This document shows positions 1 through 10,780 of a stretch of 64,000 nt of DNA, piece after piece. The DNA lies in NCBI GenBank assembly GCA_047495785.1, contig JBLDXI010000074.1, positions 1,178,001 to 1,242,000 on the forward strand. The letters are read 5' to 3'. This DNA is from Lepidodermella squamata. Taxonomy: Eukaryota; Animalia; Gastrotricha. The position numbers and the translations under genes were made by a program. Every line of letters begins with the position of its first letter. Position 1 is the first letter of the stretch. The notes beneath the pieces are model-generated. The model was not told where the DNA came from and made no database searches. It saw only the letters and a program-made list of their open reading frames with translations.

Positions 1-78
1 CTGGCATTGAAAGAAAACCGCGACTAATTCCCAAGATCTGCTCCCCAGACTTGCGACTGAAGATTTTTCGATTCCCGA

Positions 79-239
79 AGTCCGATACGAAGATAGGTGA
101 TCATTGGAGTGAAATCGTGTTGATCCTAGTTGTTCACCAAATAATCTAATCCATCAACTGTGAACATCAAAGTCTTCAAGTTGGAGACTAAGGGTGAACA
201 CATTTTCACTTCATTGTTCACCTATCTTCGTGCGGGACT
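79..239. repeat. Imperfect inverted repeat / hairpin element
   Basis: 79-128 is the approximate reverse complement of 191-239 (cgaagataggtga.. / ..tcacctatcttcg). Its core is related to the hairpin at 2850-2899. Confidence 0.6.
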
Positions 240-401
240 GGGGCAAGGATCCGATTTGGGTGTCATCGACGCTATATTGCTCACGTTCTTGTTTCTCTCT
301 TTTCAGAAGGTCAGCAAAGGTTATTCTTGCTCATTTATATCGCAAGATCTCGGGTTCATCCGCCATTGCTACCATTATATCATTTTACCTTTTCTTTCCA
401 G

Positions 402-868
402 TATTGTGGTGAGCGAGATATGACGTATCTTCAACGTCTCTACCCGAACTTGGCTTGCTGCCGGGGTCGCATCGTTTACGACATTCGAGTCTGGGACTGC
501 GATAGAGATGCAACAGTGGCCACTCGATCAATCCCATCGCCAGCAACCGACGCTCCCATGCAACGGCTTACTTGCCTCAGTCAGAACTACAACATCGAGC
601 TAAGATTCAGGCCGTATTACCGCTGCTGCGGAACGACAACTTACGACCAAAGATACGAGAGCTGCAGAACGGTTCGTTCCCATTATCATTGTGGAAAATG
701 TTAAAATTGAGGGCTCTTCTTATTCAGGCGATCGGACGGGACGGCTCTCGATTCGATAAGGTGGAGCTTATACAAAACTTGGCTCCACCTCGTACGCTGA
801 TCAGCTGCAAGAACGGTGATATCAATGTTGTCTACAAAACCTACGACACGTGGAAGTACTCGTGCTAA
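402..868 (+). CDS. Double-Cys (galaxin-like) secreted protein, 3' exons only (modules B-C-D)
   Basis: Exons 402-671 and 728-868, separated by a GT..AG intron at 672-727. Translation YCGERDM..LACCRGRIVYDIR..C ..C-x16-CCGTTTYDQRYESC ..WKYSC*. Same motifs as the paralogues at 1329, 2114 and 10781. The 5' exons could not be resolved. Confidence 0.8.
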
Positions 869-1328
869 CTATGCGCCGCTATAGCTATATAGCTCTACCT
901 AGTTTCAAGTGCTATTTTTTCGAAAGTTTCTAAATACAAATAAAGCTGGACGTTATTCCTCAAGAGCTTCAATCGATCTCGCGATGAAAATGAATAGGTA
1001 TCACAACAGAATGCGACGTATAAAACTAAGAAAAACTCCGAGGAATCAACTAAATTTCGTGCTAACGCAGGATGTTGTTCGCTTATAGGTTGCTGGTAAA
1101 TCGAAAAATTAGACAAAAAATGGATTAAAACCAATTAAAACATGCCTGTTTTTTTTCTAATTTACAGCAGTCATTTTCTGTAATACATGCATTGACACGT
1201 GGAAACGTGTTAAATCTGTACGTCAATAGCTTAACTAGCCAGCAGAAAAAAAATCGCCCGGTCAAAGGTGTCAGGTAGTAGAGCCAAAACCTGCAGTTTA
1301 ATTTTTAATACAATTATTTTACTGCAAA

Positions 1329-1796
1329 ATGCTGAAATTATCTTTCATAACAGCTTTATTCATCCTTTTCGACCTTCAGATCGCAAACAGCCAGGCGCCA
1401 TCGTGGCCTGCATCAAGTGGTATGTCTCGCATGGAAATTTCTTGGAATCAACAATGATTTCAAAATATCAGGATTCCCCGGTTTCCAACTGTTTACATGC
1501 CAGACAAAAGATTTTTACATCGACCCTGCCATTTTGTCTTATTACGATTGCTGCGGAACAGTCCCTTACGACTTCCGGGCTGAAAAGTGTTTCACAGTAC
1601 GGATAACTTTAATGAATTGCGACTGAGAAAATTTCCGAACTCTTTTTTTCAGCGAAAAACAGCTGCTGGACCGGTTTTGTACAGAACCGAAAATATGAAA
1701 GTTGACCAATTTGCCAATCGATTTGTCAAAGTTTGCGCTGATGGGGCTGTTTTGATTTTCGGGACCTTCTCGCAATTTTGGCCTTATAACTGTTAA
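1329..1796 (+). CDS. Small secreted double-Cys protein (modules C-D)
   Basis: Exons 1329-1419, 1472-1596 and 1653-1796. Signal peptide MLKLSFITALFILFDLQIANS. Motif C-x16-CCGTVPYDFRAEKC. Ends WPYNC*. AATAAA follows the stop. Confidence 0.85.
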
Positions 1797-2113
1797 ATCC
1801 ACGATACCTACTATTTGAAAATACCTCAATAAAACTATGAATTTGCATATTATTCTTATTATTGTCAGTATCTAGTACCCGCAGTTTGTAGGTTGAGCAT
1901 TTTGGCTAATAAATCAACCATAATAAATAAAAATGTCGCTCGCCTGTTATTTCAGGTGCGATCGTGTAAACAAAAGGTCACGCCTTTTATCAACTTGGCT
2001 TCACTCGCACCTTTCTGAAGTTGGTTGACCAAAAAAAGATGCGGTTTTTAATGACAGTTTCACGTAAGATGCAGTTATGCGTAAAGGGTGAAGTTCTCCG
2101 TCGAGATACTTAA

Positions 2114-2526
2114 ATGAGTAGTTTTTTGAAGCTATCACTATTGGCATCTGCTGCCTTTTCACTTCAAGCTACCGCATCGCATGTTTTCTTCTTCCAACCG
2201 ATGCCAAGCTTCGTTTTCAGCCCGTTTATTTGTCAAGGAAACAGATTTTTCATCGACACGCAAATCCACCGATTCTACAAATGTTGCGGCCCGTCGCCAT
2301 ACGACAGCCGAGCTGAAAACTGCCGAAGCGTAAGATTTGCCATATATTTTTGGAAGCCCGCTGAATATTTTGCGATGATTAGAGATATAAGGCTGGACAG
2401 CGCGTTTATCAGCCCCAGACGATCAACAAGAAGCAACGAGTCGTAAGAACGATCGTCGCGTGTAGTGCTACCCGGCGGTTTTTCATTTTCAAGGATTATT
2501 CAGCTGCCCGTGGATTCGAGTGCTAA
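2114..2526 (+). CDS. Small secreted double-Cys protein (modules C-D)
   Basis: Exons 2114-2329 and 2383-2526. Signal MSSFLKLSLLASAAFSLQATAS. Motif C-x16-CCGPSPYDSRAENC. The phase-0 intron sits at the same position as in the 402 and 1329 genes. Ends GFEC*. Confidence 0.85.
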
Positions 2527-3851
2527 CATCTTCATCTTTTCATTCATTCACTCTCTTCAATAACATCTCTCATTCAAATTTACCACAATTGAAGGCCTAT
2601 ACTTGACTATACTAATACCACTACCTACAATAAAGCTAAGCACTTATTAGCACTTAAATCTACACGAGAGCGGCTTTCATGTGTAAATGGAGACCATAAT
2701 TTGCCTGTTAAAAGAATGACTGATGTAAAATACGGTTTTCTTTCAATTTTCATTTTCAACGAGTTGAAATGACAAATATCGCCGAGTGAATCATTTGAAG
2801 CGGGAAACAGTTGAAACAGTGATCATGCATTTTTGCCTGACCCGGACCAGCATCATACCGATGAACAATGAGGTGAAATCGTGTTCATCGGCATGATGCC
2901 GATCTGGGGAATTACCCCTGTGGAGATCTCGAAGATCTCGAAGATCTCCACGCCGAAGATCTCCATGCCGAAAAACCACTGGGAAAACCTGGGAAAACAG
3001 AATAGTGCGCTGTCTGCAGGTGCTACGTCTCAGGGTCCTGTTGGATTTCGGCACCTCGAAAGATTCGCAGGTTCAATAGGTCATTATTATCTGACCATTA
3101 TTATCTGACCAGAGTTTTCACTCCAGATGGTTTTCCCTGTGGTTCTTTTGATGCGACGAACTCGAATTAAGGGAATACTCCCATTACCACCATGAGACCT
3201 ACTGTAAGTCTCAAGATTACCACCTGTATTTTGAGTTGCCTGACTTGTGGAACCAGCGAACCAAACTCGCTGTTCAATACCGGCAGAACACAGAAAAAGC
3301 TTTACGTAACAACGACCGAGTGGTCTTCTGGAATCTGGCGTCTCTCGGACCATATCTGCGGTCATTAGTGGAAAATGGGAAAGATTCCGTAAAATCGAAA
3401 TCAGGCCCTTCTGAAGACTTTCTGAAACTAGGGTCCAGTATATCCTGAGACCGGTTGGTCCAAAGTGACTGAACTTTATCGGCCGCAGTCAGACTTTGTC
3501 ATCGAAATTCCGAAGCCGGCATGGAGTTGCATTGCCGGTTGGCCTGTGCCGAAAACTGCGCCATTGCAGCGGAAGAGGGGCCCCGCGAATAACTGGTAGC
3601 TTGTCAGAAAGTAGCCAAGCTCTTTATTTGAGGGGAAATAGCCTAACGCCTAACTGTTTGATGGATGGTCGCTGCTGGTAACTGCAGCGTCAAAAACTTC
3701 TCAAATTCGTGTACACTATGGTTATAATATAACTGCTCATCAGTGCTTTGATCATCATGTTTTTGTTTCAATAAAGAAATTCGCGAAGTTACAAAATGGG
3801 TGATGTCCCATATTTTTCTTTTCGCGGCGCATCGATCAGTATAATATATGT

Positions 3852-4003
3852 CTACGTCATATCATTTACTTCATCTGAACGCCTGAAACCATGCCAAGAA
3901 GAACGGACCGCAGTGCATAACACGGCTGATCCAACAATTGGAAGTTGCCAACACATTCACGCGATTTTCACGTGAAATAATGCACGTCATGGAGGCTATA
4001 AAA
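3852..4003 (+). promoter_or_regulatory. Promoter of Lys/Ala-rich gene (TACGTCA, CACGTG E-box, CACGTCA, TATA)
   Basis: CACGTG at 3969-3974 and TATAAAA at 3997-4003. The block cggctgatccaacaa..ttttcacgtga..ctataaaa recurs at 56214-56308 and 63318-63397. Confidence 0.7.
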
Positions 4004-4080
4004 CAATGCAGGTTTTTCTGCTGAATTATTACTTTCGACTTCTCTTCTATCATTAACCTTTTACTTTCTCTTATTAGAAA

Positions 4081-4617
4081 ATGAACAAGTTCCTCGTTAG
4101 CGCCGTCGTTGTGGTAAGCATTTTACTGATTCTTTGTAAATGCTTACATTCGTTTCATTGCGTTTTACAGGCCGCTTTTATCGTTGTGGTATCGTCTGCT
4201 GCGGCCCCCGCGAAGGCCCCGGCTGCCGCGGCTGCCAAACCAAAGACTCCCAATACATCCGCGCAGAAGTCTCAGAAGTCTGCTCAAAAGAAGCCGAACC
4301 AGACCGACGCTCAGCGGAAAGCTTTCGTCAAGAATGTTGGCGGTGCCGCGAAGAGGAGTCAAGCTGCCTTTGTCAAGAAGATCCAAGCCATGATCAAGGC
4401 CAAATCGCTGCGCAAGTTCGTCGGGAGGTACTACTCGGGCAATGCGGCTGCGATCACCAACGGGATTACTAAGATAGCCAAGGATGAGAAGAAGCTTAAG
4501 TCTTTCGTCGCTGTGCTCGCCAAGAACCCCGAATTGATTGCCAAAAAACTTGCCGCAGTCAAGCCTCACGTGAAGCCAAACGCTAACAGCAAGGCTCCAG
4601 CAGCCAAGAAGCCGTGA
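4081..4617 (+). CDS. Secreted Lys/Ala-rich cationic helical protein (family member 1)
   Basis: Exons 4081-4113 and 4171-4617. The 57-nt in-frame intron is confirmed by frame-breaking introns at the same site in the paralogues. Signal MNKFLVSAVVV|AAFIVVVSSA. Mature region has no Cys and contains QRKAFVK..RYYSGN..IAKDEKKLKSFVAVLAKNP. Confidence 0.9.
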   Translation: MNKFLVSAVVVVSILLILCKCLHSFHCVLQAAFIVVVSSAAAPAKAPAAAAAKPKTPNTSAQKSQKSAQKKPNQTDAQRKAFVKNVGGAAKRSQAAFVKKIQAMIKAKSLRKFVGRYYSGNAAAITNGITKIAKDEKKLKSFVAVLAKNPELIAKKLAAVKPHVKPNANSKAPAAKKP

Positions 4618-4877
4618 GTAGCTGCTGCTGGCCGTGAGTTGCAAACATCTTGCGAGCATCTATCATTTTAACAGCATACTTGGCTTTAACCTGATACTCA
4701 TTTCGTGGAAGATTGCCCAATTTATAGAGGCTAGTGAAACGTTTTGAAGACGCGTAATTTATATTGCTGTTTATCTATTGCATTGTTTGAGGTGTGGGTC
4801 GATTGGTGATATCTCATTAAAATGTGTGGTTGTTCTGGCATCACTCGAATGTTTTTAGCTTTAATCCCGCGCTAATA

Positions 4878-5270
4878 CCGTCATTTGGGGCAAAATGAAC
4901 CTTTGGGGCTAATTGGCCAAAAATTGAGGTTTTCACATTTTTATCAAATTATTTGGCTCGAAAAATACCAGGCCAAACTTTAAAAAGATTTACGGGGACG
5001 ATTATATCAACAAGCCCCTACAAACCTGCAAATTTTCAGCCAGGTATGTCCCGAAATGAGGTCACAGCATGTTGTCGCACAGAGGCGCAAATCTAATCCA
5101 ATGAGCGACGGTTCGATTCCTCATAAAGTACCATTTTGTTTTCTCCGCGTTTAATTTTTTTAATTGTTTTGTTAATTTCCCATTCAAATTATTCCACTAG
5201 CACCACGTATCCCGGGCAATTTTTTGTTCGGGTCATTTTTTCCCCGTGGCCATTTTGCCCCAATTTACGG
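4878..5270. mobile_element. Tc1/mariner-pogo-type MITE
   Basis: TIRs CCGTcATTTGGGGCAAAATG / CATTTTGCCCCAATTTACGG, flanked by TA on both sides. Subterminal repeats; no ORF. Confidence 0.8.
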
Positions 5271-6784
5271 TAGTTGACGGCGCAGAGATCACACAACATT
5301 TAGTTATCTGCGGCCCGGTCATAGGGCTCAGTCATGAGTCGGATCTAGGCGAGCTTAATGCCAAGTTCATCCTGTCTATTCCTCCAAGCATAGAGCGAAG
5401 TAGGACCGCGGAACTGGTAGGGATAACAAAAATCGCAGTAAGGGTCCCCCTTTGGTCCTTGAATGGGCTCACCGTACGGACCGATGGAACTGGTAGGGAT
5501 GATCCATACCATCCCTGGCGGTACTTCGCTCTCTGCCTCCAAGATTTTCATGCATCGTGATCCTTGATGCGCCTATGCTAATCAAATAACATTGCCCAGC
5601 TATTTAAAGCAATTTTTTTCAAATAGAGATACAAATTCCGTGGAATCACAACCTAATAAAACATTCAATCATACCAATCAATCGAGAAAAAAGATAGGCA
5701 TTTTCCGAATCATTAATAAATTTCAATATTTTCTTTACTACGATCTGTTGCGAATCTTTCTGAATCGGCAATGTTTATTGCCATTCACTTTTGAAGGCAT
5801 AACATGTTCTCATTTTTGCGGTTTTCGCCATGTGGCCACTGTGCCACCGGGTGTCGTTATTAATGAACACACATTCACTGATGACAAAAAAACCCTCACC
5901 TTTCGACAGTGTCGTAATAGATGAAATATAACGACATGTCCTTGTATAAAAAACATATAACGACATGTCTAGTGAAGCGCGTTAATACGATAAAATTCCG
6001 GTGGTGTAGCTAATTATCCGGCACTTAGTTGCGGCTGATGAAATCGGTGATGAATTCTCGGCGCCGCCCTTTAATTTCCGCACTCAATATCGTCTCTTCC
6101 AGCACTTTTTAGAGACAAAGAAGTGGAGATATGTTGAACGATGTTGAAACCTACTTTTCAATATTTATGCAAATGAGATTTCCCGCTCTTCAACCTCTCA
6201 AAAGGCGTGCGACATCGTCGCGAAACGCGAAACGCACGCATTTTGCTTGAGAACTTTTGCAAATTTTATCACTTATCATGATCATACATCGTTTTTTGAT
6301 TCATCGTAGGTATTGTGTCAATTTCCCTGTTTGTCCCCAATTTTTTGAAATAAAGTATGTATTGATTTGCCTGGATCCTATAAATAACTGTGTTAGTTTA
6401 TTTTAAATCCTGTTTTCGGCTATGTCTCTGTGAATTCGTGAATGCTGGCGTCTGGCCTGGAAGTCATCGCGCGTCACCTGTGTCAATTCAGCACATTGTT
6501 GGCATTTGTTTTCAACCTTGAGACACGCGTCTCGCCAAGTCTTGCAGAATGAGTGACTTCGCGAGTGTCCCGAAAACTGAATAAATTAAGCATTACCGGA
6601 ATTCCAAATATGTTGTTGGTTTCGTTAGAAAGTAGAGTTAAAGTGGCCACTTGATTTAAAATGGCGGGTATAATTGAAATGGTCTCACATGCTTTTATTT
6701 ATAAAATCTAAATTGTTTGAAACTATAATATTAATTATCAAGGCTAATTGTAATTAGAAACAAGAAATAGCATCACGGCTCTTG

Positions 6785-7064
6785 TTAAAGTCTATCACTT
6801 GTCGGCCTTCCGAAGTACTCTTCGCGATCAATCGATCTCGCAGTGCTCAGAATCCTGGGATAATCAGTGCGATAGTTCGCTATCGTCTCAAAGTTTTCTT
6901 CAGTCGAATGAAGGTCATCGTCGCTAAAAGGTTGGTTTTCTTGTGCTGTATCAGCTGATACCGAAGAAATCTGTTAAAATATGATTAAAATATGATATCA
7001 TTAACACGAGCATAAATTCTAAACTAACCAATGCAGCAATGACGATGAGAAGTAGATAGTTCAT
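6785..7064 (-). CDS. Small secreted peptide precursor, 73 aa (HSTEE family, copy A)
   Basis: Exons 7064-7029 and 6970-6785 (58-nt intron). MNYLLLIVIAAL|ISSVSADTAQENQPFSDDDLHSTEENFETIANYRTDYPRILSTARSIDREEYFGRPTSDRL*. Clear paralogue of the 7745 gene. Absent from the ORF track. Confidence 0.8.
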
Positions 7065-7220
7065 CTTTTGACGAGTTTTCCGTGAAAAATTGTGTTATTG
7101 CAATATGCGATTGTAGTCGAACTAATGCATCCGATCTCGCAGTCTTATTATTAAATAGGCGCTATCACCTGCTCTTACGAGTTCACGCAGAGTAGGGACC
7201 GGCGCGGTGTTATACGCTCT

Positions 7221-7590
7221 TGACGTCATTACATGTGGATTGTGGTCCTTCTTGTTCCTTCATATGAAGCTGTCAGATGTATTTCAAGGCGCATGTCAAG
7301 ACTATGACGTCATCGACCTTGTGTTTGCCCATTGCGTCAAAAATTAAATACTAATACATTAAATAATACCAACGAAAAATGATTCATAATGATGCGAGAA
7401 AACGGAGGTGGAAATTAAAGCACCCAAGGCTTGACGTACGTAACGAACGATATGTCCCAAACAAAGGCTTCAAGAATTCCGATGATGCCATCAGATCAGA
7501 TCAGATTAGATACTGGCAACGTGACCTCCTCAAGCGTCATTGTAGTGCAAATGAAATGGACAACAGTCAGTTTTGCAAGAAGTGACGTCA
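7221..7590. promoter_or_regulatory. Bidirectional promoter with three perfect CRE palindromes
   Basis: TGACGTCA at 7221-7228, 7305-7312 and 7583-7590, between the head-to-head genes 7064(-) and 7745(+). Confidence 0.6.
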
Positions 7591-7744
7591 TTGCTGCATC
7601 ATTGGAAATTGATGCCCACGATTGTTGAGCATCAATTTCTTTGATATATCTACTGAATGACTGGGACACACGCAGTGCATAGTTTAACGAAAACTGAATA
7701 TTACAATCATAAGGCATCAGACTTCACGGCAAACTCATCACGAA

Positions 7745-8039
7745 ATGAAAAGCTTAACCCCCGTCATTATTTTGGTTCGTTCAATAGTTTATCTTGAATA
7801 CTGGCAGCTTTGACTGATTTGGTATATTTTCTTGACAGATGTTCACTGTAGCATCAGAGGCAGCATTGATAATGCGACCTTTCAGCAACATCCGTCATTC
7901 CACGGAGGAAGATTTCGAGAGGCTACCCGATTATCGCACGAACTCGCCTAGCATCCTGAGCACATCGACGCAGATGGGTCGCGAGGAGGACTTCGAAAGG
8001 CCAGCATGGGAGATACTGCCACATCGCCAGTATATTTAA
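7745..8039 (+). CDS. Small secreted peptide precursor, 76 aa (HSTEE family, copy B)
   Basis: Exons 7745-7774 and 7839-8039. MKSLTPVIIL|MFTVASEAALIMRPFSNIRHSTEEDFERLPDYRTNSPSILSTSTQMGREEDFERPAWEILPHRQYI*. AATAAA at about 8104. Confidence 0.8.
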
Positions 8040-10780
8040 ATTTCCATATACTTTTTCTATACCTAGGGGATTTAGTTTATTTGAAATAATTTATTTTTAA
8101 CCAAATAAAAGCGACACGCGTGACTTCGCCGCTTTTCTCATAGAAATTGACACCCCCTTAATCTCGGATTTCTTTCAAAGCAGGCTATCATTTTTTGTGG
8201 AATAACGGAGTGACCAGTCGCCAGCTTACCAACCATCCCCGCCTTAAATCCTAGCTCCTAGCTAGTATATTTCACGTCACGACTGTAATATGGATCCAAT
8301 CTAACAATCTAGCAATCTGATCCAGCCAATTGTTCAAACTAAATCTCGCCAGCGGAAGGATCGCTTTCAGGTGTATGGATAAGAATTCTCCTCCAGTAAA
8401 TATTGTATAAGACATTGATTCCCCACTTTGATTCCGGACGCTTTGTATACGCTTTAACACAGCCATACCGAAAAATGGCTGCAATATTAATATGCAGAAT
8501 TGGCTCTGAGTTGTTTCTCACGCGCGGTGTGTTATTGTTTACAAATTACTGGCTATATGCCAGTCATGGAAACCTGTTTTCCACTGGCCGTTTTTTGTTC
8601 GCAACAATTGAGTGCACGCACGGAATAAGTTGATGACCGTAATTTCTTGCATTTTGAATTGCGTAGTTTATCAGCGCTGCGCAATCTTCGACGGCGGCGT
8701 CGTGAAGATCGACACTCGAGGAAAAAACACGCCGCACGTGTCGAGGTTCCTATACTAATTTTCGGCTCAACAAGTTTTTTTCTCGGTTGGTGCTAAACAA
8801 ACTTTTATTGCCTGTGTCGGGCAGTAAAAGCTGACTGGCAATTTAATTCCTATTTTCACTGCCATTTCTTCAAAATGAATCTCTTGAATTACCTGCATCT
8901 CTAAAAAATGTTCAAGTTTAGTTATGAGATTAGCTCAGCCCCAGAGAATATTTGTGTAATATCATTTCTCGGTTCGGTTCATTACAGTTTCTAAAGTTTC
9001 CGCATCGCAAACTGACTTGAATTAAGAAGAGCCTCCGAATTTGTTTATAGAACTTATATAACTTATGACGACCCAAGATCATTACCATCTCAATTTCTCT
9101 GATCTTGAGTAAGGACTGATTACGATTACGGAGGTGATTTTCTGGTCATTTTAGAAGCATTTTTAAACAAGTTCTACATGGAACGATTACTTGACGATTA
9201 CTCTTCTTTAACTTCTTTTTCTGAGTTTTCTCCCGCCCGATCACTTTTTCTTCATCAACCTTGAAACGCAAATGCCTCGAATAAGCTGTCTAAGCAGATT
9301 CAGAATTACGAGATTAACCTTTAAATATGCTTAGTTAATTCCTTTCGTTAATTTTGCTCGTAAACGATACCGTGGCGATTCATAAGCAGATCTCAAACGA
9401 AAGAATAATCTCAGCTTTCATCCAATAAATTATCGGTTAAGCCAATTAAATCGCGTTTCAAAACGCATAGTCTGGCCACTTGACACTTGTATAACAAAGG
9501 GAAGAAAAAAATACGCAGCTCGTGCCTACGATTATCATTAAATTTCATCCCGTGGCGACATGTATTTGTCGACCAGGTGTGAGGCGGCTTTTATTACTGC
9601 GTGGGGCTATAGCGCGCTGGGCTCAGGCGATAACTCGAGTTTTTTGTTGTGTTTCTGAGGCTTGAGGCGGCACGCGTGGCCGATTATTAGCAATAAATAA
9701 TAACATAAAAACTTAACTTTTTTTCCTACCATGCGCAAACTCTCACCTACGGGTTGTAAAGATTGGTTTTAGATTCTGCGTTTAGAAAAGTTTTCACGCA
9801 CGTGAAATTGGTGAGTTCATCAGCGTCATTTTTTTTCATATGCTCACACTCTGTCGTTCACTGTCATTTCGAGCAGCAAAAAATAATCATCATCATTTTT
9901 TATTGTATAATTTTTTAACGGCTTGTTAGTGGCGCGCGCGTCAAATAAAAGTCTCCATGCCGCCGAGTCGAGTGGTTAAGAGGGATGGCTCCGTTGTTGC
10001 GCCTAAAAGGTGGTGTTTGTCAACGAGTGATAATAATAATAATAACCATGACACCACTTGCTATCATCATAACAATGCGTGACGTAAAATGATGTGTGGA
10101 TGGATGGATGTAAGTGAGTGAGTGAGTGAGTGTGGTATTCCTGTTATTATACTATGCCCCTTATGTGCGACGATTAAGGTGGCATGCTTTAAACACCCTG
10201 CATTTTCAAGGGTGTGATTTAATCCACCACGCGCGTCTCATATTAACTCGCTACTACTTCGTGTAATGGCTTTGGAAACTGATAACAGAGGTCAAATTAC
10301 GGAAAAAGCCATTAGCCTAATGGCATCACCAAGATCAGGCGTCAATCTCTATGATACCAATCAAAGCCTGATTACAGACATTGTTGAGCCCATCGAATAG
10401 TTGGATTGGATTGCCTTCATATTCTTACCGGTTTTAAGTTTCGAGCATCTCACTTGTGATACCTTCGATCTTCAGTCTGTTCATCCCATGCTCAGTATAA
10501 TCGTAGTTTCTAGCTCAATATAATCGTATGAATTCCTTATTTGTTACCTCTTCGCCATACCGTTTCCCTGGCACTTCCTTTTCTACGGGTACTAGTTGGT
10601 TTCATCTACTACATCCTGTTTTAGCTTCTCACAGAGAAGCTTGAGGTCATAAATGTAAGGCACTTCGATTCATTCGTGTATCAGAACATGTGCCTTTATG
10701 CCAAACTCTTCTTCTTAGTGACTGCAAAGTGAATTTAATACTGATTTTAGGAATTTTAGGTGGTAAAAGACATTTTCGCC

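Noticed and set aside
2910-3760. Coding-like stretch with short gaagatctc repeats
   Set aside because: All frames examined are interrupted and no product is recognisable. It may be decayed repeat DNA.
4114-4170. Reading the 4081 and 25584 genes as single-exon ORFs
   Set aside because: Both contain canonical GTAAG..CAG introns whose lengths are multiples of 3. For 4081, the paralogues have frame-breaking introns at the same site.
4140-4659. Overlapping and antisense ORFs on the Lys/Ala genes (also 56681-57109 and 63464-63858)
   Set aside because: They are by-products of the GC-rich codon bias of the real frame.
5290-5710. Minus-strand ORF with a repeated atccctaccagttcc motif and a possible upstream mini-exon
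   Set aside because: The would-be signal region has stops in every splice and frame combination tried, and I recognise no homology.
10290-10640. Minus-strand protein-like relic
   Set aside because: Multiple stops and no identifiable family.
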